Source of the DNA: Pseudomonadota bacterium
GTDB lineage: Bacteria; Pseudomonadota; Alphaproteobacteria; Acetobacterales; Acetobacteraceae
Length of the DNA: 64,000 nucleotides
NCBI GenBank assembly: GCA_021805565.1
Contig: JAJZFA010000059.1
Coordinates: 1,125-65,124 of the forward strand
Reading direction: 5' to 3'
Shown here piece after piece: positions 39,863 through 49,119 of the stretch. The position numbers and the translations under genes were made by a program. Numbering within the stretch: the first letter of the stretch is position 1; each line of letters begins with the position of its first letter. A model generated the notes under the pieces. The model was not told the origin of the DNA, ran no database searches, and worked only from the letters and a program-made list of their open reading frames with translations.

Positions 39863-40945
39863 ATGGCGGGCAAGACAGAGAGAAAGGGATCCAAGGGCGG
39901 GGTCATCGTCAAAAAATACGAAATCGTGGAGGGCGGTCATCACGGCGGCGCGTGGAAGGTCGCATACGCCGATTTTGTTACCGCGATGATGGCGTTCTTC
40001 CTTCTGATGTGGCTGCTGAACGCCACGACCGAGGATCAGCGTAAGGGTCTGGCGGATTATTTCAGCCCGAACAACCTGTTGTCGCATGCCTCGTCGGGCA
40101 CCGGCCAGCCGTTCGGCGGCCATACCGCCTTCGATGAAGGTGCGTTGGTGTCCGATCGTGGCAGCGTGCAGATCACGTCCGGCAAGCGCCCGGTGATCGA
40201 GCGGACCGAGGATGGCGACGATCCGGTCTATACCGACTCGCATCGGGCGAAGTCCGGCGATGGCGTGGGTGCGGGTCCGATGGCGGACGACCAAAGTGCC
40301 GATGACGACACCGGCGACAAGCCGCTGGGCCAAAAAGCCTCCCGCCCAGCACCCGGCCCCGGCGGCGGATCCGATGTGCGCCGCGAAGGCCAGCCCGACA
40401 CCCGGCCGATCACCGCGGCCGAAGTAGCCGCCCAGGCCGCCAAATCCGAAAAAGCAACATTCGAGAAGGCCGCCCGGCAAATCGAGGATGCGGTGCGCGG
40501 GGATCCGGCACTGGCCGGACTGTCGAAGCAATTGGCGGTGGATATGACTCCGCAGGGTCTGCGCATCCAAATTCTCGACGAGATCAAACTGCCGATGTTC
40601 CCGACCGGATCGGCAACGCCAAACGAACGGACCCGCCTGCTGATCCAGAAAGTCGTGCCGATTCTGATGAAGCTGAGCGAACCTGTTTCCATCGCGGGCA
40701 ATACCGATGCGGCGCCGTTTCCAGGCCAGGATCGCACGAACTGGGAATTGTCGGCCGATCGCGCAAATGCCACCAGACGGCTATTGGTCGATGACGGTTT
40801 CCCCGAGGCGCGCGTCAAATCGGTGATCGGAAATGCCGACCATGATTTGTTATTGCCGGCCGATCCCCTGGCGGCGGCCAATCGCCGGATCGCTATCCTG
40901 GTGATGCGTCAGGCCCCGTCCGCCGCAGCCAGCGCCCCACACTGA
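39863..40945 (+). CDS. motB: Flagellar motor stator protein MotB (OmpA-like C-terminus)
   Basis: GGAWKVAYADFVTAMMAFFLLMWLL (plug/TM with the conserved Asp), a long acidic/Gly-rich linker and the C-terminal IAGNTDAAPF...NWELSADRANATRRLL. ATG 39863 is preceded by GGAGGG. Confidence 0.85.
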   Translation: MAGKTERKGSKGGVIVKKYEIVEGGHHGGAWKVAYADFVTAMMAFFLLMWLLNATTEDQRKGLADYFSPNNLLSHASSGTGQPFGGHTAFDEGALVSDRGSVQITSGKRPVIERTEDGDDPVYTDSHRAKSGDGVGAGPMADDQSADDDTGDKPLGQKASRPAPGPGGGSDVRREGQPDTRPITAAEVAAQAAKSEKATFEKAARQIEDAVRGDPALAGLSKQLAVDMTPQGLRIQILDEIKLPMFPTGSATPNERTRLLIQKVVPILMKLSEPVSIAGNTDAAPFPGQDRTNWELSADRANATRRLLVDDGFPEARVKSVIGNADHDLLLPADPLAAANRRIAILVMRQAPSAAASAPH

Positions 40946-40954
40946 GTCCGTCCC

Positions 40955-41818
40955 GTGCTGACGATTGGTGGCCTCGTTTTGTTGTTCGGATGCGTGCTGG
41001 GCAGCTACCTCACCTCCGGCGGCAGCATGGAGCCGCTGATCGAGGCGGTGCCGTTCGAAATGTGGACCATCGGCGGCGCCGCCATCGCGACGATGCTGAT
41101 GGCGAACAGCATCCACGATGTGAAACACACTATGGGCGCCTTCGGCAAAATGATCAAAGGTGCGGCGTTCCATAAGCCGGACTATATCGAGTTGCTCAGT
41201 CTGCTATATTTCCTGGTGCGCCTTGCCAGCACCAAGGGCGCGATGGCGCTGGAAGCGCATATCGAAAAGCCCGACGACAGCCCTGCGTTTCAGAAATTTC
41301 CGAAAATACTGGCAAACCATCATGCCAGCACGATCATCTGCGATTACTTGCGCATGGTCGGCATGAACGCCGACGACCCGAACCAGATCGAAGACGTTAT
41401 GGCGCGGGAGCTCAAGAAAGTGCTGACCGAGGAACTGCATCCGTCCCACATCATGCAAAACATGGCGGATGCGCTTCCCGCGCTTGGTATCGTCGCGGCC
41501 GTGCTGGGCGTTATCAAGACCATGTCGCACATCGATCAACCGCCGGCGGTGCTGGGTGCGATGATTGGCGGCGCGCTGGTCGGCACATTCCTGGGAATTT
41601 TGCTTGCGTATGGGATGGCCGGCCCGTTCGCGACCCGGATGAAAGGTATCGTGGAGGAGGAAGCGAAATATCTTGAAGTGATCCGAGCAGTACTGGTGAC
41701 GCACCTGTATGGGAATGCGCCGCAAGTGAGCGTCGAATCGGGGCGGAAAATGGTGCCGTCCGAACACATGCCGACGTTTCAGGAACTGGAGGAAGCCGTG
41801 CAGGCGGTGCAAATGTGA
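40955..41818 (+). CDS. motA: Flagellar motor stator protein MotA
   Basis: 287 aa, colinear with E. coli MotA (ALPALGIVAAVLGVI..., GAMIGGALVGTFLGILLAYG, PTFQELEEAV). Confidence 0.92.
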   Translation: MLTIGGLVLLFGCVLGSYLTSGGSMEPLIEAVPFEMWTIGGAAIATMLMANSIHDVKHTMGAFGKMIKGAAFHKPDYIELLSLLYFLVRLASTKGAMALEAHIEKPDDSPAFQKFPKILANHHASTIICDYLRMVGMNADDPNQIEDVMARELKKVLTEELHPSHIMQNMADALPALGIVAAVLGVIKTMSHIDQPPAVLGAMIGGALVGTFLGILLAYGMAGPFATRMKGIVEEEAKYLEVIRAVLVTHLYGNAPQVSVESGRKMVPSEHMPTFQELEEAVQAVQM

Positions 41819-42063
41819 ACAAATGGCCTCGCATGGCGGTCATGCGCAGGTTTGAGCCTGGCCAGTTCAAAGACTGGCGAGAATCGCATGCTGGCTACAA
41901 GCCACGGGCATGGATCGCTTTCGTTGCGCAGTGGCGCCCGGTCGCGTCGTACCGGCCGATTGCATGTCCGGACGGATGCAAAGCATTGCGGTGGCGAAAG
42001 CGATTGCGGTATGCGGGATTGGGCCGGCGCCGCGGTCGCGCGGAATGCATGAGGCAGGTCTAG

Positions 42064-43176
42064 GTGAACCCTCCAACCCAACAATCCGGGAATGGCCATC
42101 GGGCACCGCTGGTCATGCACGTTTTTCCCACCTTCGCGGTCGGCGGCGCGCAGGTTCGGTTCGCCGCCATCGCCAACCATTTCGGATCGGCGTTCCGTCA
42201 TATCGTGCTGTCCCTGGACGGGAACATGGCGTGCCGGGAACGGCTGGATCCAGGTCTGGACGCGGTGTTCCCTGCGATCAAAGTGGCCAAGAACGCCATG
42301 CTGGCGAACGCCTGGTCTTTCCGCCGCTTACTGCGGGACTGGCGCCCCGATGTGCTGGTTACCTGTAACTGGGGGGCGATCGAGTTTGCCCTGGCCAACA
42401 TCCTGCCGGTAACGCGCCATATCCATGTCGTGGACGGATTTGGTCCCGAGGAACGCGACACCCAAATTTCCCGCCGTATATGGATGCGGCGGATCGTCCT
42501 GGGCCGGACACCGGTGGTGTTGCCGTCCCGCAACCTGGTGCGCATCGCGACCGATATCTGGCGGCTGCCGCCGGGTATGATCCGCTACATCCCGAATGGC
42601 ATCGATCTGGCCCGCTTCGCGACCGATGGGTCCCAGCGTGGGACGGCAGGCCCGGTAATCGGTACCGTGGCCGCGCTGCGCGCCGAAAAGAATATTGCCC
42701 GGCTGCTGCGCGCCTTCGCCATGCTGCCGGCCGGACAGCTTGTCATCGTCGGCGATGGGCCGGAACGTCCTGCATTACAGGCGCTGGCCACGGCGCTAGG
42801 GATCGGGGATCGCGTCCGGTTCGCCGGCCATCATCGCGATACAGCCGCGTTTTACGCCCAGTTCGACATCTTCGCTCTGTCGTCGGATACCGAACAAATG
42901 CCGCTATCGGTCATCGAGGCGATGGCCAGCGGGCTGCCCATTGTCTCCACCGATGTCGGCGATGTGCGGCACATGGTGGCGGAACCGAATCGCACCCTGA
43001 TCGCCGGACTGGACGACACCGCCTTTGCCGCCGCGCTGACCGCTCTGGCGACCAGCGGAGATACCCGTCAGGCGATCGGTCGCGCGAATCTGGCAAAAGC
43101 CCATCGGGATTTCGGTCAGGACTCGATGTTTGCCGCCTACGAAGCGTTATGGCTCGGGACATCGGCGTCGCCGTGA
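42064..43176 (+). CDS. Glycosyltransferase family 4 (GT-B)
   Basis: 370 aa. N-terminal VMHVFPTFAVGGAQ and the C-terminal E-x7-E region (SDTEQMPLSVIEAMASGLPIVSTDVG). Confidence 0.85.
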   Translation: MNPPTQQSGNGHRAPLVMHVFPTFAVGGAQVRFAAIANHFGSAFRHIVLSLDGNMACRERLDPGLDAVFPAIKVAKNAMLANAWSFRRLLRDWRPDVLVTCNWGAIEFALANILPVTRHIHVVDGFGPEERDTQISRRIWMRRIVLGRTPVVLPSRNLVRIATDIWRLPPGMIRYIPNGIDLARFATDGSQRGTAGPVIGTVAALRAEKNIARLLRAFAMLPAGQLVIVGDGPERPALQALATALGIGDRVRFAGHHRDTAAFYAQFDIFALSSDTEQMPLSVIEAMASGLPIVSTDVGDVRHMVAEPNRTLIAGLDDTAFAAALTALATSGDTRQAIGRANLAKAHRDFGQDSMFAAYEALWLGTSASP

Positions 43177-44228
43177 CGGTCGTCCGGATATCCGGCGTTG
43201 CCGATTTCGCCGGGCTGGGTGTCCGCTGGCGCGATCTGGAACGGCGTTCCAAATGCTCGTTTTTCCAAAGCTGGACCTGGACCGGCTGCCTCGCCGCCGA
43301 ACGCTTCCCCGATCCCGTTTTGGTCGAAGCCACCGAAGACGGACGAACGGTCGCGCTGGCCTTGTTCAACCGTACCAGCCGATGGATCGGCCCGGATCGG
43401 CTGTCCTTGGGCGAAAGCGGAATACCCGCGCTGGACTGTCCGTATATTGAGCAGAACGGCGTGCTGGCCGAGGCGGGACGGACGGCCGAACTGACCGGAT
43501 TGTGTCTGCGCGAGGTGGCTTCGCGATTCGACGTCGTGCTGCCGGGCGTGGAGGACACTGTTCTTGCGGCGATCCGGCGGCCGGCAGTCCTGGTGCGGGT
43601 ATTGCGATCGCAGGCCTCGCCTTACGCCGATCTGGCCGGTTTGCGGCAGGCGGGCGGCGACTATCTGGCGGGGCGGAGCGCCAATACGCGCCAGCAAATC
43701 CGCCGGTCTGGCCGGTTTTACGAACAGGCCGGGCTTGTCGTGGCCGAACCGGCGGGATCGGTGGCGGCGGCGCACGGGCTGCTGGACGATCTGGCGATCC
43801 TGCATCAGGCCGCGTGGACAGCCCGAGGCAAGCCCGGCAGTTTCGCACAGCCATTCTTCCGCCGGTTCCACAGGGAACTGATCGCGGCGGCCGTGCCGCG
43901 CGGGGAGGCATCTTTGATTCGGGTGTCGGGCGGGGGCGAGCCGATCGGAGTTCTCTATAACTTTGTCCATCGCGGCCGGATGCTGGCCTATCAAAGCGGT
44001 TTTGCGTACCGCGGCGATGAACCGCGCGCCAAACCCGGACTTACCTGCCATTACGAAGCGATCCGAATGGCGTTGGCGCAGGGTCTGGATCGATACGACT
44101 TTCTGGCGGGCGATCACCGCTATAAGCGCAGCCTTGCCGACGGGGCTTACCAGCAGCTTTGGGCGGAGTGCGGTCCATTTTACTCGCCACGCCTGCTCCT
44201 GCGCCGCGCGCTGGGAAAGTCGGCGTAA
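43149..44228 (+). CDS. GNAT-fold acyltransferase, CelD/BcsL/FemAB-like
   Basis: 359 aa from the internal ATG (MARDIGVAVTVV...), overlapping the GT4 3' end by 28 nt. FFQSWTWTGCLA and the C-terminal YDFLAGDHRYKRSLA resemble CelD-like Acetyltransf_6 proteins. The upstream part of the 582-aa track ORF is read-through over the GT4 gene. Confidence 0.7.
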   Translation: MARDIGVAVTVVRISGVADFAGLGVRWRDLERRSKCSFFQSWTWTGCLAAERFPDPVLVEATEDGRTVALALFNRTSRWIGPDRLSLGESGIPALDCPYIEQNGVLAEAGRTAELTGLCLREVASRFDVVLPGVEDTVLAAIRRPAVLVRVLRSQASPYADLAGLRQAGGDYLAGRSANTRQQIRRSGRFYEQAGLVVAEPAGSVAAAHGLLDDLAILHQAAWTARGKPGSFAQPFFRRFHRELIAAAVPRGEASLIRVSGGGEPIGVLYNFVHRGRMLAYQSGFAYRGDEPRAKPGLTCHYEAIRMALAQGLDRYDFLAGDHRYKRSLADGAYQQLWAECGPFYSPRLLLRRALGKSA

Positions 44229-44334
44229 CGATCTGGAGCGGAAGCGTCCGGGATAAACCGGTCGCGCGGCATGCCAATGGCGTAAGGCTGCCATCCTACG
44301 CTATGGTATCGTCCGCGCGCAGTCCTGGCATGGA

Positions 44335-45492
44335 GTGCGACGATCGACAGCGTTGGGGTTGAGCATGCGTTTAACCGGCCAAGGCCCGCAGGCAACTGAC
44401 CGCACCGAGACCGGACGATCCTGTATTGGAATGCCCGGCGATGCCCGGCGCGATCCGATCGTATCCGCGCCACGGTGCGGGACCGGTCCTTTAAGGGCGT
44501 CGCTGACAGCGGCGGTCTCCGTTCTGGCGCTGTTGCTGCCGGGTGCCCACGGAGCGATGGCGACGCCCATTATCGAAACACCGTGGGCGGCACCATTAAA
44601 CCATGTGCGCGGGGAAACGGTGCCCACCCGGACCAGACCGGGCGAACCCGCGGGCGCTTATATATTTGCACCGCTGACCGCGGGAGACGGGGCAATGTAC
44701 GGTAATAACCAGGGCGCCAGTCCCTATGCGGCCGGTCAATCGGCGTTGATGCGCCTTGCCAGATCGCCCCCAGCCGAGGCGATCGGCGGTACCGGCGATT
44801 GGCGCGGGCAGGACAATTCGGGCGACTCGGTCTTTGTGGGGACGACCGGTACGTTTTTGCTTCTGGACAGTCCGGTCAGCACGCAATCGGTGGCCTCGGC
44901 ATCGTTCGGTTTTACTTATTCGCCAAAGCCGGCGTCAGGCGAGGATCGCGCGTCCACGCTGGACGATACGGCGGTCCAGGCCGAACCCGCCCCGCCCGCT
45001 GGTTTCGCCGCTACGACGGCCCCGTCTCTTGCAAGCGACGCGCCTCCGCCGATCCTGACACCCGCATCCCAGGCGGGACGCACCTATGCGGTGTCGATTC
45101 CAGGAGCAAGTGCGCTCCGGACCGCTAAATCGTCAGGCGCGAATTCCGCACCCGCGAACATCCGTCCTGGAACCGCGAGCAAGGCCCTGATCGCGGAATT
45201 TCAACGGATTGTCCGTCAGGCGCCACATGATCCGGACAACGGCGACTGGCTGGCGTCGCTGGCATCGCGAGGCTTCAGGCCCACCCCGCCCGAGGTGGCG
45301 AAATTTACCGTTTCGGCTGGATCGGCGGATGACGGGCTGGCCCAGAACACCGCGGTCTCCGTTCCGATAAGGATCGTGAATACCGGGCCGGGCGAACTAT
45401 CATCCAGCCTGATGGTCTTCGTCGATCAGTCGGTGGCGGCCGGCAATGGGGACGTGTTCAATTTCTTTTTCGATCGGGTCATTCTGCGCTAA
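44335..45492 (+). CDS. Hypothetical secreted Ala/Pro-rich protein
   Basis: The signal-like segment LRASLTAAVSVLALLLPGAHGAMA lies about 55 aa into the ORF, so the true start is probably internal (for example ATG 44431). No recognisable domain. Confidence 0.5.
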   Translation: MRRSTALGLSMRLTGQGPQATDRTETGRSCIGMPGDARRDPIVSAPRCGTGPLRASLTAAVSVLALLLPGAHGAMATPIIETPWAAPLNHVRGETVPTRTRPGEPAGAYIFAPLTAGDGAMYGNNQGASPYAAGQSALMRLARSPPAEAIGGTGDWRGQDNSGDSVFVGTTGTFLLLDSPVSTQSVASASFGFTYSPKPASGEDRASTLDDTAVQAEPAPPAGFAATTAPSLASDAPPPILTPASQAGRTYAVSIPGASALRTAKSSGANSAPANIRPGTASKALIAEFQRIVRQAPHDPDNGDWLASLASRGFRPTPPEVAKFTVSAGSADDGLAQNTAVSVPIRIVNTGPGELSSSLMVFVDQSVAAGNGDVFNFFFDRVILR

Positions 45493-45535
45493 TCCCGGCA
45501 TGGCAGCAGGCCTGGGGCTTGTTCGGCGGTCCCGC

Positions 45536-46486
45536 CTACCTGCCGTCGCGGAACCGTTCCACGGCCGCGATCAGCGCCCGCCGTATGCCCGGTTCCAATG
45601 CCGAATGGCCGGCGTCCGGCACGATCGTCATCCGGGCGTTGCGCCAGGCCGCCGCGAGATCGAACGCGGTGATGGCCGGGCAAATCATATCGTAACGGCC
45701 CTGCACGATCTCGGCCGGGATGTGGGCGATCCGGTCCATATGCCCGAGCAAGCCGTTTTCCGGCAGAAACAACCCGTGGGCGAAATAGAACGCCTCGATC
45801 CGGGCAAGGCCCAGCGCCGTGCGATCGCGGGCAAAGCCATGCACGGTATCCGGGCTCGGCAACAAGGTACTGCAGGTTCCTTCATACACCGACCACGCCC
45901 GCGCGGCCGGCAGGTGAACGGACGCGTCGGGATCGGTGAGCCGACGAAAATAGGCGCCCAGCAGGTCGCCGCGCTCAGGCTCTGGCAGAAAGCCCGAAAA
46001 GGCCGAATGGGCCTCTGGGAAAACCGCCTGCATGCCGTGCAGGAACCACGCGACCTCTTGCGGGCGTCCAAGGAAGACCCCGCGCAATACCGCCCCCGCC
46101 ACCCGTTCGGGGTGCGCCTGGGCGTAGGCCAGCGCCAGCGTGGAACCCCAGGATCCACCGAACAGCAGAAAGCGTTCGATCGCCAGGTGGCGGCGCAGGA
46201 CTTCGATGTCGGCTACGAGCCCCGGGGTGGTGTTATGGTCCAACGCGCCAAGCGGGCGGGACCGGCCAGCCCCGCGCTGGTCGAAAATCACGATCCGCCA
46301 GTAGTGCGGGTCGAAGAACCGGCGATGAACGGCGCCCGCGCCGGCGCCTGGACCGCCATGCAGAAACAGGACCGGCCGGCCGTTGGGATTGCCCGCCTGC
46401 TCCCAGTACATCGTGTGACCGCCGGACAGCGGCATATAGCCGGTCTCGTACGGGCCGATCTCGGGAAACAGGTCTCCGCGTGGCAT
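45536..46486 (-). CDS. pip: Prolyl aminopeptidase (proline iminopeptidase)
   Basis: 316 aa alpha/beta hydrolase. LHGGPGAG, FDQRGAGRS and the nucleophile elbow GGSWGSTL. Confidence 0.92.
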   Translation of the reverse strand: MPRGDLFPEIGPYETGYMPLSGGHTMYWEQAGNPNGRPVLFLHGGPGAGAGAVHRRFFDPHYWRIVIFDQRGAGRSRPLGALDHNTTPGLVADIEVLRRHLAIERFLLFGGSWGSTLALAYAQAHPERVAGAVLRGVFLGRPQEVAWFLHGMQAVFPEAHSAFSGFLPEPERGDLLGAYFRRLTDPDASVHLPAARAWSVYEGTCSTLLPSPDTVHGFARDRTALGLARIEAFYFAHGLFLPENGLLGHMDRIAHIPAEIVQGRYDMICPAITAFDLAAAWRNARMTIVPDAGHSALEPGIRRALIAAVERFRDGR

Positions 46487-46559
46487 GATGAGGCAATGCT
46501 ATAGGCCGGCCCGCCGTCAAAAAACAGGGGTTGCGTCTGCCGCCGAACGATTGCGGCCG

Positions 46560-46916
46560 CTATCCGGGTGGCAGCAAACCGCGCAACACCTCGATCAGGG
46601 CATCCGGCCGGCAGGGTTTTTGCAGACAGGGCGCCCCCGCGAATTCGCGCGCCTGCTGCTGCGGCGAATAACCGGACACGACCACGAACGGAATGCCGCG
46701 TGCCGTCAGCGCCAAGGCAGCCGGGCCCGCACTGACCCCGGCGAGATTGGCATCCAGAATGACGGCATCGATAGCCCCGCCGGCGATCGATGCCAGCGCC
46801 GCGTCCAGCCGTCCGGCCACACCGGCGATGGTAAAACCGGCATCGGTCAGACATTCTTCCAGTACCAGCGCGATCATTGCCTCGTCCTCGACGATCAGGA
46901 TGCGCGGGGATTTCAT
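46560..46916 (-). CDS. Single-domain response regulator (REC only)
   Basis: MKSPRILIVEDEAMIALVL..., phospho-acceptor context AVILDANL. The ATG overlaps the kinase stop (ATGA). The 181-aa track ORF is trimmed. Confidence 0.85.
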   Translation of the reverse strand: MKSPRILIVEDEAMIALVLEECLTDAGFTIAGVAGRLDAALASIAGGAIDAVILDANLAGVSAGPAALALTARGIPFVVVSGYSPQQQAREFAGAPCLQKPCRPDALIEVLRGLLPPG

Positions 46917-48457
46917 CGGCCGAACCCGTCTGCCGGCATCAGCGCATTCCCGGCCGGTGCGGTCAGGGTCCATGTAACCCCCGCTGGATGGAAGGCAATA
47001 TCGGCGACGCCCTGCACGGCTGCCGCCGCCATCCGCCCGATCACCACCTGACCGAAGCCCTTTCGCGCCGGCATCGCCACCGCCGGGCCGCCCGCTTCCT
47101 TCCACGAGATCGAGAATTCCGGTTCGGTGCCCGTGCCGGGGGTCCAGTCTATCGTAACGTATCCGTAACCGTTCGACAGCGCACCATACTTGGCGCTGTT
47201 GGTGGCGAGTTCGTGCAGCGCCATGCCGATGCCCTGCGCCGCGGGCGCCGATAGCTGCGCCGGCTTGTGGCCAAGAAAAACCCGGCTACCGATCAAATCC
47301 TTGAAATGAGCAAGCTGAGACTCGACAAGATCCCGGACATCGACGCCTTGCCACTGGTTCCGGACCAGCAGATCCTGTCCCGCGGCCAGCGAGCCGATGC
47401 GATCGGACAATCGTGTCACGAACGTTGCTGGATCGCCATGATACGCGGTTTGATGGGCCACCGCCTGCACCACGGCAAGCAGGTTCTTGGCACGATGATT
47501 GATTTCGGCCATCAGCAGATTCACATGCTCCTCCGATCGTCGGCGTTCCGTAATATCCCTGATATTGCACTGAATAATCAGCCGGCCGTTCTCTTCGTAC
47601 AAGTTGGCCACCACCTCCACGTCCTGAAGGCGACCCGTTTGGGTTACCAGCGGCAGATTGTCGTAGCGGACCTGCTTGTTTTTTTTCAGCTTCCGAAACA
47701 TGGCCTGGCTGGCGGCTTCGTCTGCCAGCAATCCAATCTGGAACAACTCCTTCCCGATCAGCTTGTCATGCGGATAATCCAGGATCCGCGTCATGAACGG
47801 GTTGGCATCGATAATCTTCCGTGTGCGGGGATCGAGCAGAAGCACACCGTCATGGGCCGTTTCGAACAGCCGGCGGTAGCGGATTTCCGAAACCAGGATC
47901 TGATCGTCGCGACGCCGCCGTTCCGTCACGTCGCGGACAACAAGCAGTTGTCCGGCGGGTCTGTCGGCGGTTTCGCGCAGAATTGTTACTCCCAGATCGA
48001 CATACATCTCCCGTCCGTCACGCCGGACATGAATAAGCTCGCCGCGCCATGCGCCGGTTTCGCGCAAAACCCCGGCTGCGGCCGGTTCGTCGGCCGGAAG
48101 CAACCATCGCGTTTCGTACAAAGCCGCTTGTTTGTGTCCCAGGATAGCGGAGGCAGAGAAATTATAAAGCCGTTCGGCCGCCGCGTTCAGATAGACGATA
48201 CGGCCGGCGTCGTCCAAGGCGATGACGGCATCGCTGACCTGTTCGAGCATTTTGCCCCGGAACCGGCTCGTTTCGGCTTCCACGCCTTGCAGGGTATAGA
48301 CCCGTGGACCGCTGGACCCCTCAACGACCAGCGCGTCCACTTCTCCGTTACGGATCGCGGACAGCGTGTCCTGCGCCTCGGCAAGCTGAAGCCGCAGGCT
48401 GGCGTTCTCCAGGAGAAGCGACGACGCAGAGCGTATCCCTGCCATGGGGCCAGTCAA
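46913..48457 (-). CDS. Multi-PAS sensor histidine kinase, HWE/HisKA_2 type
   Basis: PAS repeats followed by the H-box EINHRAKNLLAVVQAVAHQT and the HWE-type ATPase region (LHELATNSAKYGAL). The longest ORF starts with TTG at 48457, overlapping the kaiB2 stop. An ATG at 48445 is an alternative start. Confidence 0.85.
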   Translation of the reverse strand: MTGPMAGIRSASSLLLENASLRLQLAEAQDTLSAIRNGEVDALVVEGSSGPRVYTLQGVEAETSRFRGKMLEQVSDAVIALDDAGRIVYLNAAAERLYNFSASAILGHKQAALYETRWLLPADEPAAAGVLRETGAWRGELIHVRRDGREMYVDLGVTILRETADRPAGQLLVVRDVTERRRRDDQILVSEIRYRRLFETAHDGVLLLDPRTRKIIDANPFMTRILDYPHDKLIGKELFQIGLLADEAASQAMFRKLKKNKQVRYDNLPLVTQTGRLQDVEVVANLYEENGRLIIQCNIRDITERRRSEEHVNLLMAEINHRAKNLLAVVQAVAHQTAYHGDPATFVTRLSDRIGSLAAGQDLLVRNQWQGVDVRDLVESQLAHFKDLIGSRVFLGHKPAQLSAPAAQGIGMALHELATNSAKYGALSNGYGYVTIDWTPGTGTEPEFSISWKEAGGPAVAMPARKGFGQVVIGRMAAAAVQGVADIAFHPAGVTWTLTAPAGNALMPADGFGR

Positions 48458-48816
48458 CAGCCGATGCCCGGCGGGAAACTTTCCGCCGCTATATGCAAAT
48501 CCAGACCCGCCAGGAGACGCTCGGTTTGCGACATGTCGCCAATGAACCGGCGGAGCGGCAGCGGCGCCGTCTTGATCAGGGTCGGCGCGGCGATAATCTG
48601 CTCGCCCCTGGCGAGGGCCGGGTGTTGCGCGATGTCGATGACTTCCAGATCGTAGCGTCCTTCCAGGTGGGTCTCGCAGATCATCCGGATATTCGCGATG
48701 GCGCGCGAGGAACGTGGGGTCGTTCCCGTGACATAAAGCCGAAGGATGTATCGAGCAGACAAGAACAGCGGCGCCGTCGCGGCGTCAGGCGTATCCGTTG
48801 GTGGATTCCTGGTCAT
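48454..48816 (-). CDS. kaiB: KaiB-family protein, second copy with N-terminal extension
   Basis: LRLYVTGTTPRSSRAIANIRMICETHLEGRYDLEVIDIAQHPALARGEQIIAAPTLIK, a thioredoxin-like KaiB fold signature. 120 aa. Confidence 0.85.
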   Translation of the reverse strand: MTRNPPTDTPDAATAPLFLSARYILRLYVTGTTPRSSRAIANIRMICETHLEGRYDLEVIDIAQHPALARGEQIIAAPTLIKTAPLPLRRFIGDMSQTERLLAGLDLHIAAESFPPGIGC

Positions 48817-48822
48817 CGGGCG

Positions 48823-49119
48823 TCAGTGTCCAACCATACGAATGTCGAGGCCGACCAGAACGCGTTGTTCGTTGGAAAGATCGCCAATGATTTTCTTGAT
48901 CGGTTCCGGCAGGCGGCGCACCAGCGTCGGTACAGCCAAAATCTGGTCTCCGGCGGCGAGTTGCGGCGACGTCGTCAGGTCGATAACCTCGATCGAGTAT
49001 TGCCCGGCGAGGTGTGTTTCGCAAATACGGCGCAGATTGGTGACGGCCGCCAAGGATTTCGCGGTCTGGCCGGCCACGTAAAGGCGCAGTTCGAATGCCG
49101 CCGCCACGGATACGCTCAT
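48823..49119 (-). CDS. kaiB: Circadian-clock-type protein KaiB
   Basis: 98 aa. [58 protein letters not shown]. The ATG overlaps the kaiC stop (ATGA). Confidence 0.9.
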   Translation of the reverse strand: MSVSVAAAFELRLYVAGQTAKSLAAVTNLRRICETHLAGQYSIEVIDLTTSPQLAAGDQILAVPTLVRRLPEPIKKIIGDLSNEQRVLVGLDIRMVGH

